Shown: positions 1-10,504 of the stretch, in pieces
How the letters are laid out: every line of letters starts with the position of its first letter
How positions within the stretch are numbered: position 1 is the stretch's first letter
Source: Laetmonice hystrix
Taxonomy: Eukaryota
Assembly: GCA_965235115.1 (NCBI GenBank)
Contig: OZ249436.1
Coordinates: 25,918,001-25,982,000, forward strand
Direction: 5' to 3'
DNA length: 64,000 bases
Made by a program: the position numbers and the translations under genes
The notes under the pieces: generated by a model
Told to the model about the DNA's origin: nothing
The model's database searches: none
Seen by the model: only the letters and a program-made list of their open reading frames with translations

Positions 1-843
1 TAGGCACTAAGTAGGCATGAGTCCGAAATGCTCTTCTAAATTCTAAATTTATTAATCGTGTTTGTTAGTTGTCACTATAAACACAACTGGCTGGTGACCA
101 GAAGTGAAACAAAATCGGGTCACAATTTTTACAGGCTGACAAATGACTTCTAACCGAAAGGTTACATCATTGAGCGGAGGACCGAAAGGTCAACGGTGGT
201 GCACTGTGGTGCTCCGTGACCGCTGAACCGTTGTGCTACAGCTCGCTGATCGCTCAACCATGGTCATAATTTGGATGCAAAACGGTGCCATATGGCTACC
301 CGTGGTATGTATGGCTACATACTGCATTGATTAAATTATGTAAAATGAAACGCAGCTCTTGTGCATAATATATTTTGTTAACGGAAATGGAATTGGGGGT
401 GGGGGTGGGGGTGGGTGGAAAAAGGAATAAAATAATAAAGGAATACACTGACAGTCATAAAAAGAAGTGGATACTCTGGGCTTAAAAGAAAAGGTCCTGA
501 GCAGGGGTTGGGGGCCCGGACTCCCTGCCCCCCGGTCCGCGCCTGTATTTTCTATCTAGCCTAAATTTGACAAAGCTGTAGCCCAAGGAACAGAGGTGGC
601 GGAGCAAGTGTCAAACTGGGGGGAGGGGCACGATATTCAAAGGACAGTGTACTTCCTGTTCAAAAATTATAATGGTCGACCCCTTAGACAATTTGCCAAG
701 AAAGGTCCAAAGTTGCTCCCTAAAATGATATAGAAAGGTCCCAAAATTCATAAAAAGGTTATTAGGACACCATAATTTTTTTCTTTATACCTTTTATTGT
801 CCACTCATAATACAAAATCTGTATCCCAGGTTTATGTTTCCTA

Positions 844-1420
844 ATGGCCCAAGCTGCTGAAGAAATCCCCAGAAATAATATTATGGTCTACATATGTTCC
901 AGGTGTAGTTACCAGGTCCGTCATTTAAATGACATACTCTGTCACTACAGTCTCACTCATGAATATGAACCGGGCTTTTCTGTTACATGTAGCATTGATG
1001 GGTGTCCAGTGCCGTTCAAAAGTATACGTTGTCTGAGACGGCACATTATAAATAAATAAACATCCCACACAAGGGTTGCAAACAGATATTGCAGACAATG
1101 ACCAAGACGAACATTTTGTAAATGATGAACATGTGGATGATGATAATAATGATAATAATGATCACCATCTTGATAAAGACACTAACAATCAGCAGGAATA
1201 TAACATAGAGGATGAAACTGTGCATCATTGCTACAACTTATATTGTACTTTGATGAATTCACAGTAGTCAATCAAAAAGGGTGTCATGCTGCCAGATATA
1301 AGTATGCTGGTGTGTACTTTACATTGGCAAATGTTGAAGAATCTCTAAGATCAAAGCTACACTGCATACAGTTAGCTATACTGGCCAAGGCTAGCTCAAT
1401 TAAACGCCATGGCCTGGCGT
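844..1420 (+). pseudogene. Degenerate CACTA/EnSpm (CMC)-like transposase fragment with N-terminal C2H2 zinc fingers
   Basis: ORF 844-1059 has two C2H2-like motifs (CSRC..H..H; CSIDGC..H). ORF 1228-1512 contains LILYFDEFTVVNQKGCHAARYKYAGVYFTLANVEESLRSKLHCIQLAILAK, resembling the animal EnSpm transposase block (LYxDEFxVxNPLG..K..xYFTLxN..xRSKLxxIxL). Frames are broken and the sequence stops at the repeat at 1422. Confidence 0.6.
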
Positions 1421-1421
1421 C

Positions 1422-1545
1422 ACCCAGACAACACGTATACCTTGGCCCAACGTTGGCATTTGGTTGGCACTGTCGCCACCGTCGCAGTTGGAAAATATAC
1501 GTTGGCAGTTAGTCATCACTATTGCCATGCTGTCCGGTTGGAAGG
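1422..1545. repeat. Left part of the GTTGG-rich 71-bp minisatellite element, split by the DIRS insertion
   Basis: ttggcccaacgttggcatttggttggcactgtcgccacc matches the units at 10505-11150. Confidence 0.75.
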
Positions 1546-1659
1546 AATTGAAAATTAAAAGAACTTACCTGAAGTGAAGTTTAATTGAGATTAGACGAGG
1601 GGAGTAAACACTAAGGTGGTGTACAGATGAGAGAGAGTTCTGCGCATGTGCCTGGCAGT
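1546..1659 (-). repeat. DIRS 3' terminal extension and right ITR
   Basis: 1546-1629 is a perfect 84-bp inverted copy of 1753-1836. 1626-1659 (gatgagagagagttctgcgcatgtgcc..) is inverted to 10434-10467 with 2 mismatches. Confidence 0.92.
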
Positions 1660-1752
1660 CTTTAAAGGAAGTTTTTTTCAGGTACTTCCTCGGAGGCGAC
1701 TGCTACTCCATAAAGAGAACCAGAATTGAGTTTGAGGGGAGGGAGAGGTGGG

Positions 1753-1876
1753 CATCTGTACACCACCTTAGTGTTTACTCCCCTCGTCTAATCTCAATTA
1801 AACTTCACTTCAGGTAAGTTCTTTTAATTTTCAATTATACTTCAGTACGTAAACACCAGGTGGCGTACCAATGAGA
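1753..1876 (-). repeat. DIRS internal complementary region (ICR)
   Basis: 1753-1836 is complementary to the 3' end (1546-1629). 1833-1876 is complementary to the 5' end (10461-10504). The two halves share one AATT at 1833-1836. Confidence 0.92.
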
Positions 1877-2048
1877 TTTTAAAGCTTAAGTAGCTGGAAA
1901 AACTAATGCCAACAAACAGGAAGCTCGGCTTTCAATCTTTTTAATACCATTTGTACTACAAGTACAAGGGACACCTAGTCCAGTTGCGATGTGTGTAACG
2001 AAAGCACTTAATACCTCGTCAGAACCCAGAAACCTCAACAGCTCAGCA

Positions 2049-2125
2049 CTATGAAGCCTGCGAGTTTCTATTAACAAAGTCTGTCAATACTGACTGCGAG
2101 ACATCTTGTGGGAGAATGTCCTTTT
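2049..2125 (-). pseudogene. Displaced C-terminus of the DIRS tyrosine recombinase
   Basis: Removing 2126-6125 and one TTT joins ..STFRKFYK to KDILPQDVSQSVLTDFVNRNSQAS* (stop at 2049-2051). Confidence 0.8.
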
Positions 2126-2265
2126 TAGTGGGGCGGATAGTCAAACCAATTGTGCATTTTGTGATAAAAGCATGAGAATTTTCACAGAGTAACCTGGGAC
2201 CATACTCTTTATTTTAAGATAGGGAGGCATCCTGGATCCTGCCTGTGAGGCCTGTTTTAGCGTTT

Positions 2266-3135
2266 TGTTGCCTAGCAACAGTAACATGCTTAGCAACTGG
2301 CCTGATATGGTACCAAGGAGATAAAGAAACACACCTACCCACACTAAAGTCATATCATGGGTTAACATGGTAACATCAATTATTCCATAATACCAGCCCG
2401 TTGCCTAGCAACAGATCTTGGGTGTGAGACCTCCTTAGCAACGGGCTACCCCATCCTGATAAATGTAGCTTTCAGTAGAGAAATCATAACAAGACGATGT
2501 CCAGTGTCTTACTGTTCATTTATATACATGTGTAGTCTTACTGTTGCCTAGCAACGGAGCTTGAATGACTCAGTTGGGGTTTTTTCTTCATATAGAGAGG
2601 CATCAGGAATCCTCCTTATATGAAGCTGGGCACCAGTTAGGAAAATGACATAACTACACGACTTGGTATCAGCTTCGCTTGGCTTCATATGGCTGCAAGG
2701 AGAAAAAGAAACACACCTACCCACACTAACGTGGTATCACCGATTACCTGGTAACATAAGTCATTCCATAACAGCAGCCCGTTGCCTAGCAACAGTAACA
2801 TGCTTAGCAACTGGCCTCATATGGTTCCAAGGAGAAAAAGAAACACACCTACCCACACTAAAGTCATATCATGGGTTAACATGGTAACATCAATTATTCC
2901 ATAACACCAGCCCGTTGCCTAGCAACTGACCTTGGGTCTGAGACTTCCTTAGCAACGGGCTACCGCAACCTAATAAATGTAGCTTTGAGCAGAAAAATCA
3001 GACAAAAACGATGTCCAGTGCAACTGTAGTCATGTGTAATCTTAGTTACCTAGCAACGGAGCTGGATAACGCAGCTGTGTTTTTTTAGGTAAGGAGGCAT
3101 TAGGAACTCCTTATATGAGGCTAGGCACCAATTAG
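2266..3135. repeat. Subterminal tandem repeats (~130-bp units inside a ~515-bp duplication) with GTTGCCTAGCAAC palindromes
   Basis: Motif at 2267, 2400, 2543, 2781, 2914 and 3045 (variant). 2266-2640 is duplicated at 2781-3135. Confidence 0.85.
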
Positions 3136-3322
3136 GGAAATTGTGTAATGCACTAATAGCTTTGCAAAAATCTATGTCTGAAATTTTGCGTCCAGTTGTA
3201 GGCAAATGTATCAGCAACAAGCAACAGAGTGACTCCGACCTGTAATTAAAGTGCGAGGGAGTGACGAAAAGATATCTTCCAACGACAGGACAAGAACAAA
3301 ATACATGAATATTTTAATATCT

Positions 3323-4436
3323 AACAAGCTTGTAAAGCTTATAGCCCCCACTAAGAACTATGGATTCTTGAAGAAACGATGATCTTTGAAGGGCAAAGAA
3401 AAATTGTTAAATGAAACTTCGTATGTACTTCGTCTGCATCTTAGTAACTATGCAGTTATGTACAGTTTGATAGCGTTATGCGATATGAAGTGTTTTGTAG
3501 ATACAGGCAATTGCAAAGATGCAATTGGAGGTTGACCCTCATGTCTTCTGTCACCAAGAACGAAGTCCAGAAAATGTCAGAGTTATTGCTTCGAATTTCT
3601 TCATAACCAAGATGGCCACCAAGCAACCATTTTTTAATATATGTTTGACCTGTGTCCTCCGTAGACTGTCCCTGGTTATTATGCAATGTTTCATGCAAGA
3701 TTAGATGTTGTTATCTTCAACTGGTTTGGCGGTACAGGCCATTAAAATATGCATGAACTTGATTGCCCTTGCAAGATCGCTCAAGGTCATGGGAAATGGC
3801 GCCAAATGAAACTTCATATACCACTTCCTATCTGTCAATAATAGTAATTATTGCCTTATCTTGCACCGTTTTCGAGATATGAGCCCAAACAGTGTTATTA
3901 GGGGGGAGCAAAAAAATATCAATGTGGCCGCAATGTCGCCATATTTGCTCTGATCTGGGAATACATTGCCGTATACATTGTCCCTCATATGCACCTCCTT
4001 TCCGCCAAATTTGAAAGAAATCGGTATCGTTTTGTCTGAGTTATTGCTCCAAATGTGATTATATCCCAGATGACCACCACGCAGCTATTTTGACTGATGT
4101 CAAAAATATCTTTGACCTGCCTCATCCTTTGACTGTCCCTGATCATTAGGTAATGTTTCATGCAAGATTATGTTGTTATCTTCAACTGTTTTGAAGATCC
4201 AGGCTATTTAAAATATGCATGACCTTGATTAACCTTTCAAGGTCGCTCAAGGTCATGGAAAATGGCGCTAAATGAAACTTCATATATGACTTTCTATCTA
4301 TCAATAGTAGTAACTATTGCGTCAAGCTTGCGCCGTTTTCGAGATATAAGCCAAAGCAGTGTCATTGTGGGGGTCAAGAAACAAATATGGCCGCCGGAGG
4401 GCGAATTATAAGCCCCCCCGTTCTGGGGGCTAAAAA
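3323..4436 (-). mobile_element. Helentron-associated (HINE/DINE-1-like) non-autonomous element nested in the Academ-like element
   Basis: One end is AACAAG + small hairpin + tagccccc. The other end is a hairpin, agccccc..gggggct, followed by an A run. Two internal ~470-bp repeats carry the gacttcctat/aatagtaa core also found in the large array. Confidence 0.6.
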
Positions 4437-4479
4437 AAGCCCTGAAATTACACCAATTACCATGAATGATGATGGTATC

Positions 4480-5001
4480 AGGGCACTCTCCCCTGGACAT
4501 TTGCCCCGGATATCTGCCCCCAGACATTAGCCCCCGTAGGACCTTTGCCTCCCTATAGGACATGAGCCCCCCCCCCCCCCAGACATTCACCCCCCAGACA
4601 TTCACCCCCCCCCCCCCGAACATTAGCCCCTGTAGAACTTTTGGCCCTCTAGGACATCTGCCCCCCAGACATTCACCCCCGGAGATTGCATCCATGGAAC
4701 TCGGATATTCCCCACACACCTGTGCCTGCGCGGAGGGGTTAGGACAGGGTTAGAGTAGAGTTAGAGTTAGGGTTAGGTTAGGGTCCTAGGGGGACAGAAG
4801 TACTCCGGGGGTTAATGTATGGGGCAGATTTCCTAGAGGGACAGAAGTCCTACGGGGGTTAATGTATGGGGGCAGATTTCCTAGAGGGGCAGAAGTCCTA
4901 CGGGGGCTAATGTCCGGGGGGTGAATGTCTGGGGGGGGGGGGAGATGTCCTAGAGGGGTAGGAGTTCTAGGGGGGCAAATGTCCGGGGGAGAATTGTCCC
5001 C
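4480..5001. mobile_element. Palindromic MITE with C-rich and G-rich arms and a GGGTTA-rich centre
   Basis: Left end gggcactctcccctggacatttgcccc pairs with right end ggggcaaatgtccgggggagaattgtcccc. Internal inverted subrepeats. Centre 4736-4785 is ttagg/ttagag repeats. Confidence 0.7.
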
Positions 5002-5355
5002 TTGCATTTGCATGCCCTCTTGCATTTGCATAAGATGCGGCATCCCTTTTTGCAGCCACAGGAAAGCAGCTTCTGGTGCTTTTGCTTCTTCAGGAAGGGT
5101 TGTCCAGTTTGGATGGTACAGTCCGTCTCCATTCTTCATCCATCCCCACGGCCAGGTAATAGGCGAAGAAAGCTCAGACCTGTGTGGAATCCTGTGTCTG
5201 ACCCCATGTGCCCAGCTTGTTAGGCAGCTCTCCTGACGTGTTGCATAGTTAGACGGAATTGCTGCTGGAGTGGTGATATCTTCTTTGGGAACATTCTTTT
5301 ATGGTTTCATTGACATAAGTGAAGTGCAGCTGTACATGAGTATGACAAATCTAGC
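5002..5355 (-). pseudogene. Transposase C-terminal remnant (H3TH-nuclease tail plus Cys-rich CXC region, AcademX-like)
   Basis: Across frameshifts reads RFVILMYS..VNET..QHVRRAA*QAGH..WGQ..SPITW(P)WGWMKNGDGLYHPNWTTLPEEAKA..LLSCGCKKGCRILCKCKRA. Confidence 0.65.
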
Positions 5356-5368
5356 TGGTACTCATACT

Positions 5369-5578
5369 AGACACAGGATTCTGCACCTGAGCTTCCTTCG
5401 CCTCTTACCTTGGGATGGATGAAGAGTGGAGAGTTAGACGGACTGCACCATCCAAACTGGACAACACTTCCTGAAGAAGCAAAAGCATGAGCTACTTTGC
5501 TGTGGCCCGTATCTATGCAAATGCAAGAGGGCTGCTCTGCAATGCTTCTTTATGTGGAGGAGAGTGCTCAGAGAACTG
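5369..5578 (+). pseudogene. Second, inverted copy of the same transposase C-terminal remnant
   Basis: Reads TQDSAPELPSPLTLGWMKSGELDGLHHPNWTTLPEEAKA..LLCCG..LCKCKRAALQC..LCGGECSEN*; inverted relative to 5005-5200. Confidence 0.65.
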
Positions 5579-6125
5579 ACTATGTCTATGATGTCCTTCT
5601 TTCTCATAAGAAAGTACTCTATCATAAATTATGGCGTGAATTTTTCATTCTCAGAAGTAAAATACATACTTACACAGTCGTGCCCAAAGCATACTAATCA
5701 CAGAATAAATTTATACTTCTGCAGCAGCAGATGACATGATAAACAATACATTAAAAGACGCATTTAGAGTGTTTTCTAATTCCTTTGAAAAAACTATTTG
5801 GTTCTGTATGATTTTACGTTTCTGTATTGACTGTGTCTCAAAATACTATTCCTAAGTCTTTTCGACACCTCCTTGCACTTTAATCAATGGTCGGAGTCAC
5901 CCTGTAGCTTGTGATACCAAGCAGTTATGTTATTGCCCTAACTGGTGCCTAGCCTCAAAAAAAGGAGTTCCTGATGCCTCTTTATCTAAAAAAAACACAG
6001 CTGCGTCATCTAAGCTCCCTATCTTAAAATAAAGAGTATCGTCCCAGGTTACTCTGTGAAAATTCTCATGCTTTTATCACAAAATGCACAATTGTTCTGT
6101 ATATTTGGTCTTAACTGCCCCACTA

Positions 6126-7194
6126 TTTTATAAAACTTACGAAATGTGCTCTCCTGTGACCACGACGCTTTACTCATGATATCCTTAACCGGTAACCCTA
6201 GATGTGCCATTTTAGAAGTGGCTGCTCCCCTAACACTGTGCGCCTTAAATAGTTCAACGTTTATCCCAGCTGTACTCAAAGTATCTCGAGTCCATCTTGC
6301 TATGGTAGCTTCAGAGGCTCCCTTGAACGGAGGGGTCGTAGTCAAAATCAATGCATCTTGTCCCGCTGTCTGCATTTCCTCCGTTTTTTCAAGATAGAAC
6401 TGTAGTGTCTTGACTATGCAAATTCTGGGATCTGCTGGAAAGGCCTTAAGGGTGATTTCCCCCAGAGCACCTCTTTTAGAATGTTTCAGTACGTGTGAGA
6501 GCCTGAAAACAATAGTCCCCTCATCTGATGACTGTATTATATCTGAAACACGGAGGGACGCTAAAGTCTGCACCCTCTGACATGAAACTAGTAGTAATAG
6601 GACCACTAGTTTCCCAGATAATTCTTTAAGAGTCAACTTCCATAAGGGAGACAGCTCAGTCAAATACATTAGGACAGTGTCCACATCCCAAGTGGAACAG
6701 TATCTAGTCATGGTAGGTCTCTTGTTATAAATTCCCTTCATAATTCGGCATACCACTGGATGCTGGCCAAATGGATGGCCATCAAAGTTTTGAAGCAATG
6801 ATGACAGTGCACTCCGAGCTGCATTTATAGGACTGTAAGAAAACCCATCGGAGAACAAAGTTGTCAACAAAAAAATCGCTTGACTAAGTGTTGGACACCT
6901 CCTGTTCCAACCTTTCTGAGTACACAACAAAAACCACTTCTTAATATAAACTAAATACTGTCTCCTCATTCTCGGCCTCCACGAATCCAAATAGAGTTGT
7001 TGTGCCAGTTTTGACAACCCCAAGTCTTTTACTTGATTTAGAAACAGTGGTATGCTTTCAAGGCAACACTTTGAAGAGTCCTCTCTCCTGTATACCCTGT
7101 GTCGGCCCGGAGGAGGTTGTCGTTCTGGGGTGGAAACATCAGGTATTCCGTCGCCATCCTGGATAGGAGCGAATGCCACGGTTGTCCCGGCCAA
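6126..7194 (-). CDS. DIRS tyrosine recombinase (YR), C-terminally interrupted
   Basis: Catalytic motifs LLLVSCQRVQTL (R), LKHSK (K), KAHSVRGAATS (HxxR) and ASWSQESTFRKFY (W..Y). N-terminal SAM-like region YSPINAARSALS. The last residues of the supplied ORF (IVGQLR..) are read-through into the inserted TIR. Confidence 0.92.
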
Positions 7195-8892
7195 TTTGGG
7201 GCAACCACCACTGCTGAAGTCCTCTCTGCCTTTAGTTTTTGAATCACTCTGGGTAGAAGTCTGAAAGGAGGAAACAAGTAGATCATTCTAAACTGTGCCC
7301 AATCCTCAGAAAACGCATCAACAAAAGCAGCACCTGGGTCTGGTCCCCAGCTTGCATATTTTGGCACCTGGTGATTAATTCTAGATGCGAACAGGTCAAC
7401 GACTGGTTCCCCCCATGCCGCACAGATCTTTTCGAACAATTTTGGGTTCAACTGCCATTCGGTATTTTCTGTGAAATGTCTACTTTCGTGGTCTGCTTGC
7501 ACGTTATCCACTCCTGGAATATGTGTAGCTAAGATCCAAATATTATTTGCCTCGCACCAAAGCCAAATTTCTCTTGCCATCAGATTACACCTGTGTGACC
7601 TTGTGCCCCCATGATGATTAATGTAAGCTACTGCTGTTGAGCTGTCTGTTTTCGCCTTGATATCTAAATTTCTTGTGTTAGGAAAAAGGGTCCTCAGTCC
7701 TAAGAAAATCGCCTTCAACTCCAAGTAGTTTATGTGCTCCTTTGCTTCCTCGCTTGACCACTTTCCTCCCACATTGTCTTCCTTGTGACAACATCCCCAA
7801 CCTAACATCGAAGCGTCCGTCGATATTGTCACTATGGGGTTAGAGATCCTAATTTTCCTGAACTCTGTGGGTAGTTTGATCAGCCACCAATGAAGGTCTT
7901 CCTTACTCGTAACAGATAAATTCATTCTACCTTCAAATTGTTCTGAACCTACTCGCCACAGTGCTTCAATTTTGTCTACTTCCAAGCATTTAACGTGAGT
8001 TAGGCCATAATCTGTAGCCTTGCATAAATCGTTTAAAAACCCCAATACTGATGCAACCTCCCTAATTTTGGGTTTGGTTGACTGCCTTAATTTCATGATT
8101 ATTCGTGTTGCCTTTTGAATTTTCTCCTGAGTTGGTCTGACAGACATTTCCACTGAATCCAAGACGTACCCTAAAAAGGTCAATTGTTGCTGCGGGTTTA
8201 GGCTTGATTTTTCCTCATTAATTACAAACCCCAGTTCTCGAAAACTGTTTGTGAGATCTAACACCGCCTGCTCACACTTTTGTATCGATTCCGCAACCAG
8301 AAACGAATCATCAATATAAGGGAAACCGTGATGGCCCATTTCTCGAGGACAATCCAAAAGGCACCACCTTATATTTGAACACCTGTCCTTGCCATTGAAA
8401 ACACAAAAACTTTTGAAACTCTGGTTGAACTGGAATACCGTAGTATGAAAATGCATCCTGTAAGTCCACTGATGCTAACCAACAATTTGGCGACAACATG
8501 TCCACTGCCACATCTAAATGTTCCATCTTAAAATGGTGTTTAACCACGAACTCATTCAAGGCACTGAGATCTATAATTAGGCGATATTTCCCGTTTGGCT
8601 TTGGTCTAATGAAAATGTTCGAAATAAAACATCCAGTGGGGTCGGACACTGGAGTTATGACCTCTTTTTCCAGTAATCTATCGATTTCCTTTTGGATGAT
8701 TGACCTATCATGGTGACTGAAATTGTATTTTCTAGGAATTTTGCACTGCACAGGTGTTTTCGCAAATTCCAGTTTGACCCCTGACACATTTTGAAGTATC
8801 GAACAATCTGAAGTAAGTTTGAGCCAAGCAGTTCAGTGATGTCTTAAATTCCCGGCAACAGATTGGGGATTCTCCTTAGGGCTTACCTTCAT
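7038..8892 (-). pseudogene. DIRS pol: reverse transcriptase, RNase H and DAM-methyltransferase-like domain; disrupted
   Basis: RT motifs KYRLIIDL, VDLQDAF, PFGLSS and YIDD. RNase H motifs TDASMLGWG, HINYLEL and HIPGVDNVQADHES. MT-like motifs DLFAS and YLFPPF. In-frame TGA at 8833-8835. Frameshifting deletion near 8345 between FGLSS and REMGH. Confidence 0.92.
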
Positions 8893-10055
8893 TTTCGAGA
8901 GAATCCCCCACGACGAAAACCAACGCCCTGTCAGTTGGAGCTGACTGCACAGGTCTCTCATACCCCCGTCCTCGAACAAAAGGACAACCTGGAACGCCTC
9001 GCCGTGCTCTTGCGTATCCAGAGAAGTCATTACGTGCAAAATATGGAGCTGGTCGAGGCCTTTTAAGTGGAGTCTTGCCTTTCCACGCTTTGTCCATCTG
9101 AGACGCCAGCTTGTCAGTTTCCGAAATTTTCTTGACGTGCTCTGAAATGTCACCTAGAAGTGCCGTAGGGGAAGGTGCATATTTATCACTCGCGAGCACC
9201 CTGTAATCTTCCGGAAGTTTCAACTTAATGCGATCCCGACATCTGCCCGTGATGACTGCAGTAAACACGTACCCTAAGCCAGCTAGTACATCTAGCAGGG
9301 CATTCATGCCTGGTGTCTCACTGTCCACCCCGGCCTTGGCCAGCTCGTCCAGCGCCACCGTTAAGCCTGCACTCAATGTTACTAAGTGGCCTTGTACCAC
9401 CTGCAAGCTCTTGTCCGTCCATTTAAAGTCGCCAGGCAGCCGTCTCCACACTGCATCCGGGATTTCCGGCACCTGCAGCCAGTTCACATTCTCCGGCCGC
9501 AAAATTTTCCCTTGAATTACACGCCATTCTTCCTCTGTGATAGGTTTTTGGAAAAAACTTATCCGTTAACTCTGCCAGATCTTGGTCCACCGGCGCTCCC
9601 AGCGTGGCCTTGGCCACCCTCTCTAGGTTTTTTGCGCTGAAAACACTGTGTCTCCCCTTAGAGACAGAAGCTTCCTCGGAAGTAGAGGGGCTTGGCTCAT
9701 ACGTGGACTCCGACCCATCCTCTAGTGGGTAATCTTCGGAAACCGCCGCCTCTTGCCCGAATTCCATAAACCTGTTGTCCACCTGGTCTTGCAACGCCCC
9801 AAAACTCTCACTGAGATTCACATTCATCTCGTTTAACTGTTCTGACAACGAACTCTTAAGGGACGTCACATTTCCCGAAACGTCTTTGAAACCACCTTGT
9901 AAAATTTCACACAGGCGGTCCAGCGCCGAACTGGGTAATGGCGGCTCTTCTGAAGCGCGCGATACTGAGGACGTACTGGGAGTCGAACTACCCTCTGAAC
10001 GTTTGGCGGACTTCTGCTCCTCCGCCGCTTTGGCCGCCTTCCCTTTGGACGCCAT
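8876..10055 (-). pseudogene. DIRS ORF1 (gag-like), one frameshift
   Basis: ORFs 9423-10055 and 8876-9502 join as ..TDKFFQKPITEEEWRVIQGKILRPENVNWLQVP.. if one T is removed from the run at 9552-9557. The RPEN..LxVP motif is typical of DIRS ORF1, and it lies upstream of pol. Confidence 0.8.
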
Positions 10056-10433
10056 GAATATTACAAATGGGCCACCACCAGTGGATACCGAAACACGTGT
10101 AGTCTCACTGACACCAGCACAAGTTCACGGGGACGGGGCCGCTCACCGGCAAAAACCGTCGACAGTTCTCCCTGTCAGTGTCTGCAGCGCTAACGTTAGT
10201 CCTGTTTGCACTAAATTCCACATACGGGCCGCACACAGGCGGATACCGGTATGTCCTTGCAGTTCCTCGGAATGCTCAAACCACACAAGGTGACGGGCCA
10301 CCAACTAGGTGGATACCGTAGAGCAATTCATGAAATTCGGAATCAAATCCCACAAGGGGCGGTTAGAGCTTATCAACCGGGTCCGATCACCAAACAAAAC
10401 ACACGTCCTGCCGTGTCCACACGCAAAACGAAA

Positions 10434-10504
10434 ACTACCGGGCACATGCGCAGAACTCTCTCTCATCGGTACGCCACCTGGTGTTTACGTACCGAAGTAT
10501 AATT
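10434..10504 (-). repeat. DIRS left (5') ITR
   Basis: Inverted match to 1626-1659 and to the ICR segment 1833-1876. Confidence 0.9.

Larger units (their letters stand above)
2126..6125. mobile_element. Non-autonomous DNA transposon with TAG...CTA ends and a 3-bp TSD (Academ-like)
   Basis: Termini TAGTGGGGC/GCCCCACTA. Inverted match of ~80 bp between 2147-2226 and 6015-6094, plus further inverted homology between ~3058-3272 and ~5857-6018. TTT duplication. Internal remnants of a transposase C-terminus. Confidence 0.75.
1546..10504 (-). mobile_element. DIRS1-type tyrosine-recombinase retrotransposon, full length, interrupted by a 4-kb insertion
   Basis: gag, RT-RNaseH-MT and YR ORFs on the minus strand. 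Inverted terminal repeats plus an internal complementary region. Both ends are AATT (1546-1549 and 10501-10504). Confidence 0.95.

Noticed and set aside
4736..4785. Telomere-like TTAGGG repeats (also 26810-26915, 47675-47770, 63410-63500)
   Set aside because: Short, degenerate and centred inside palindromic MITEs; not a telomere or fusion site.
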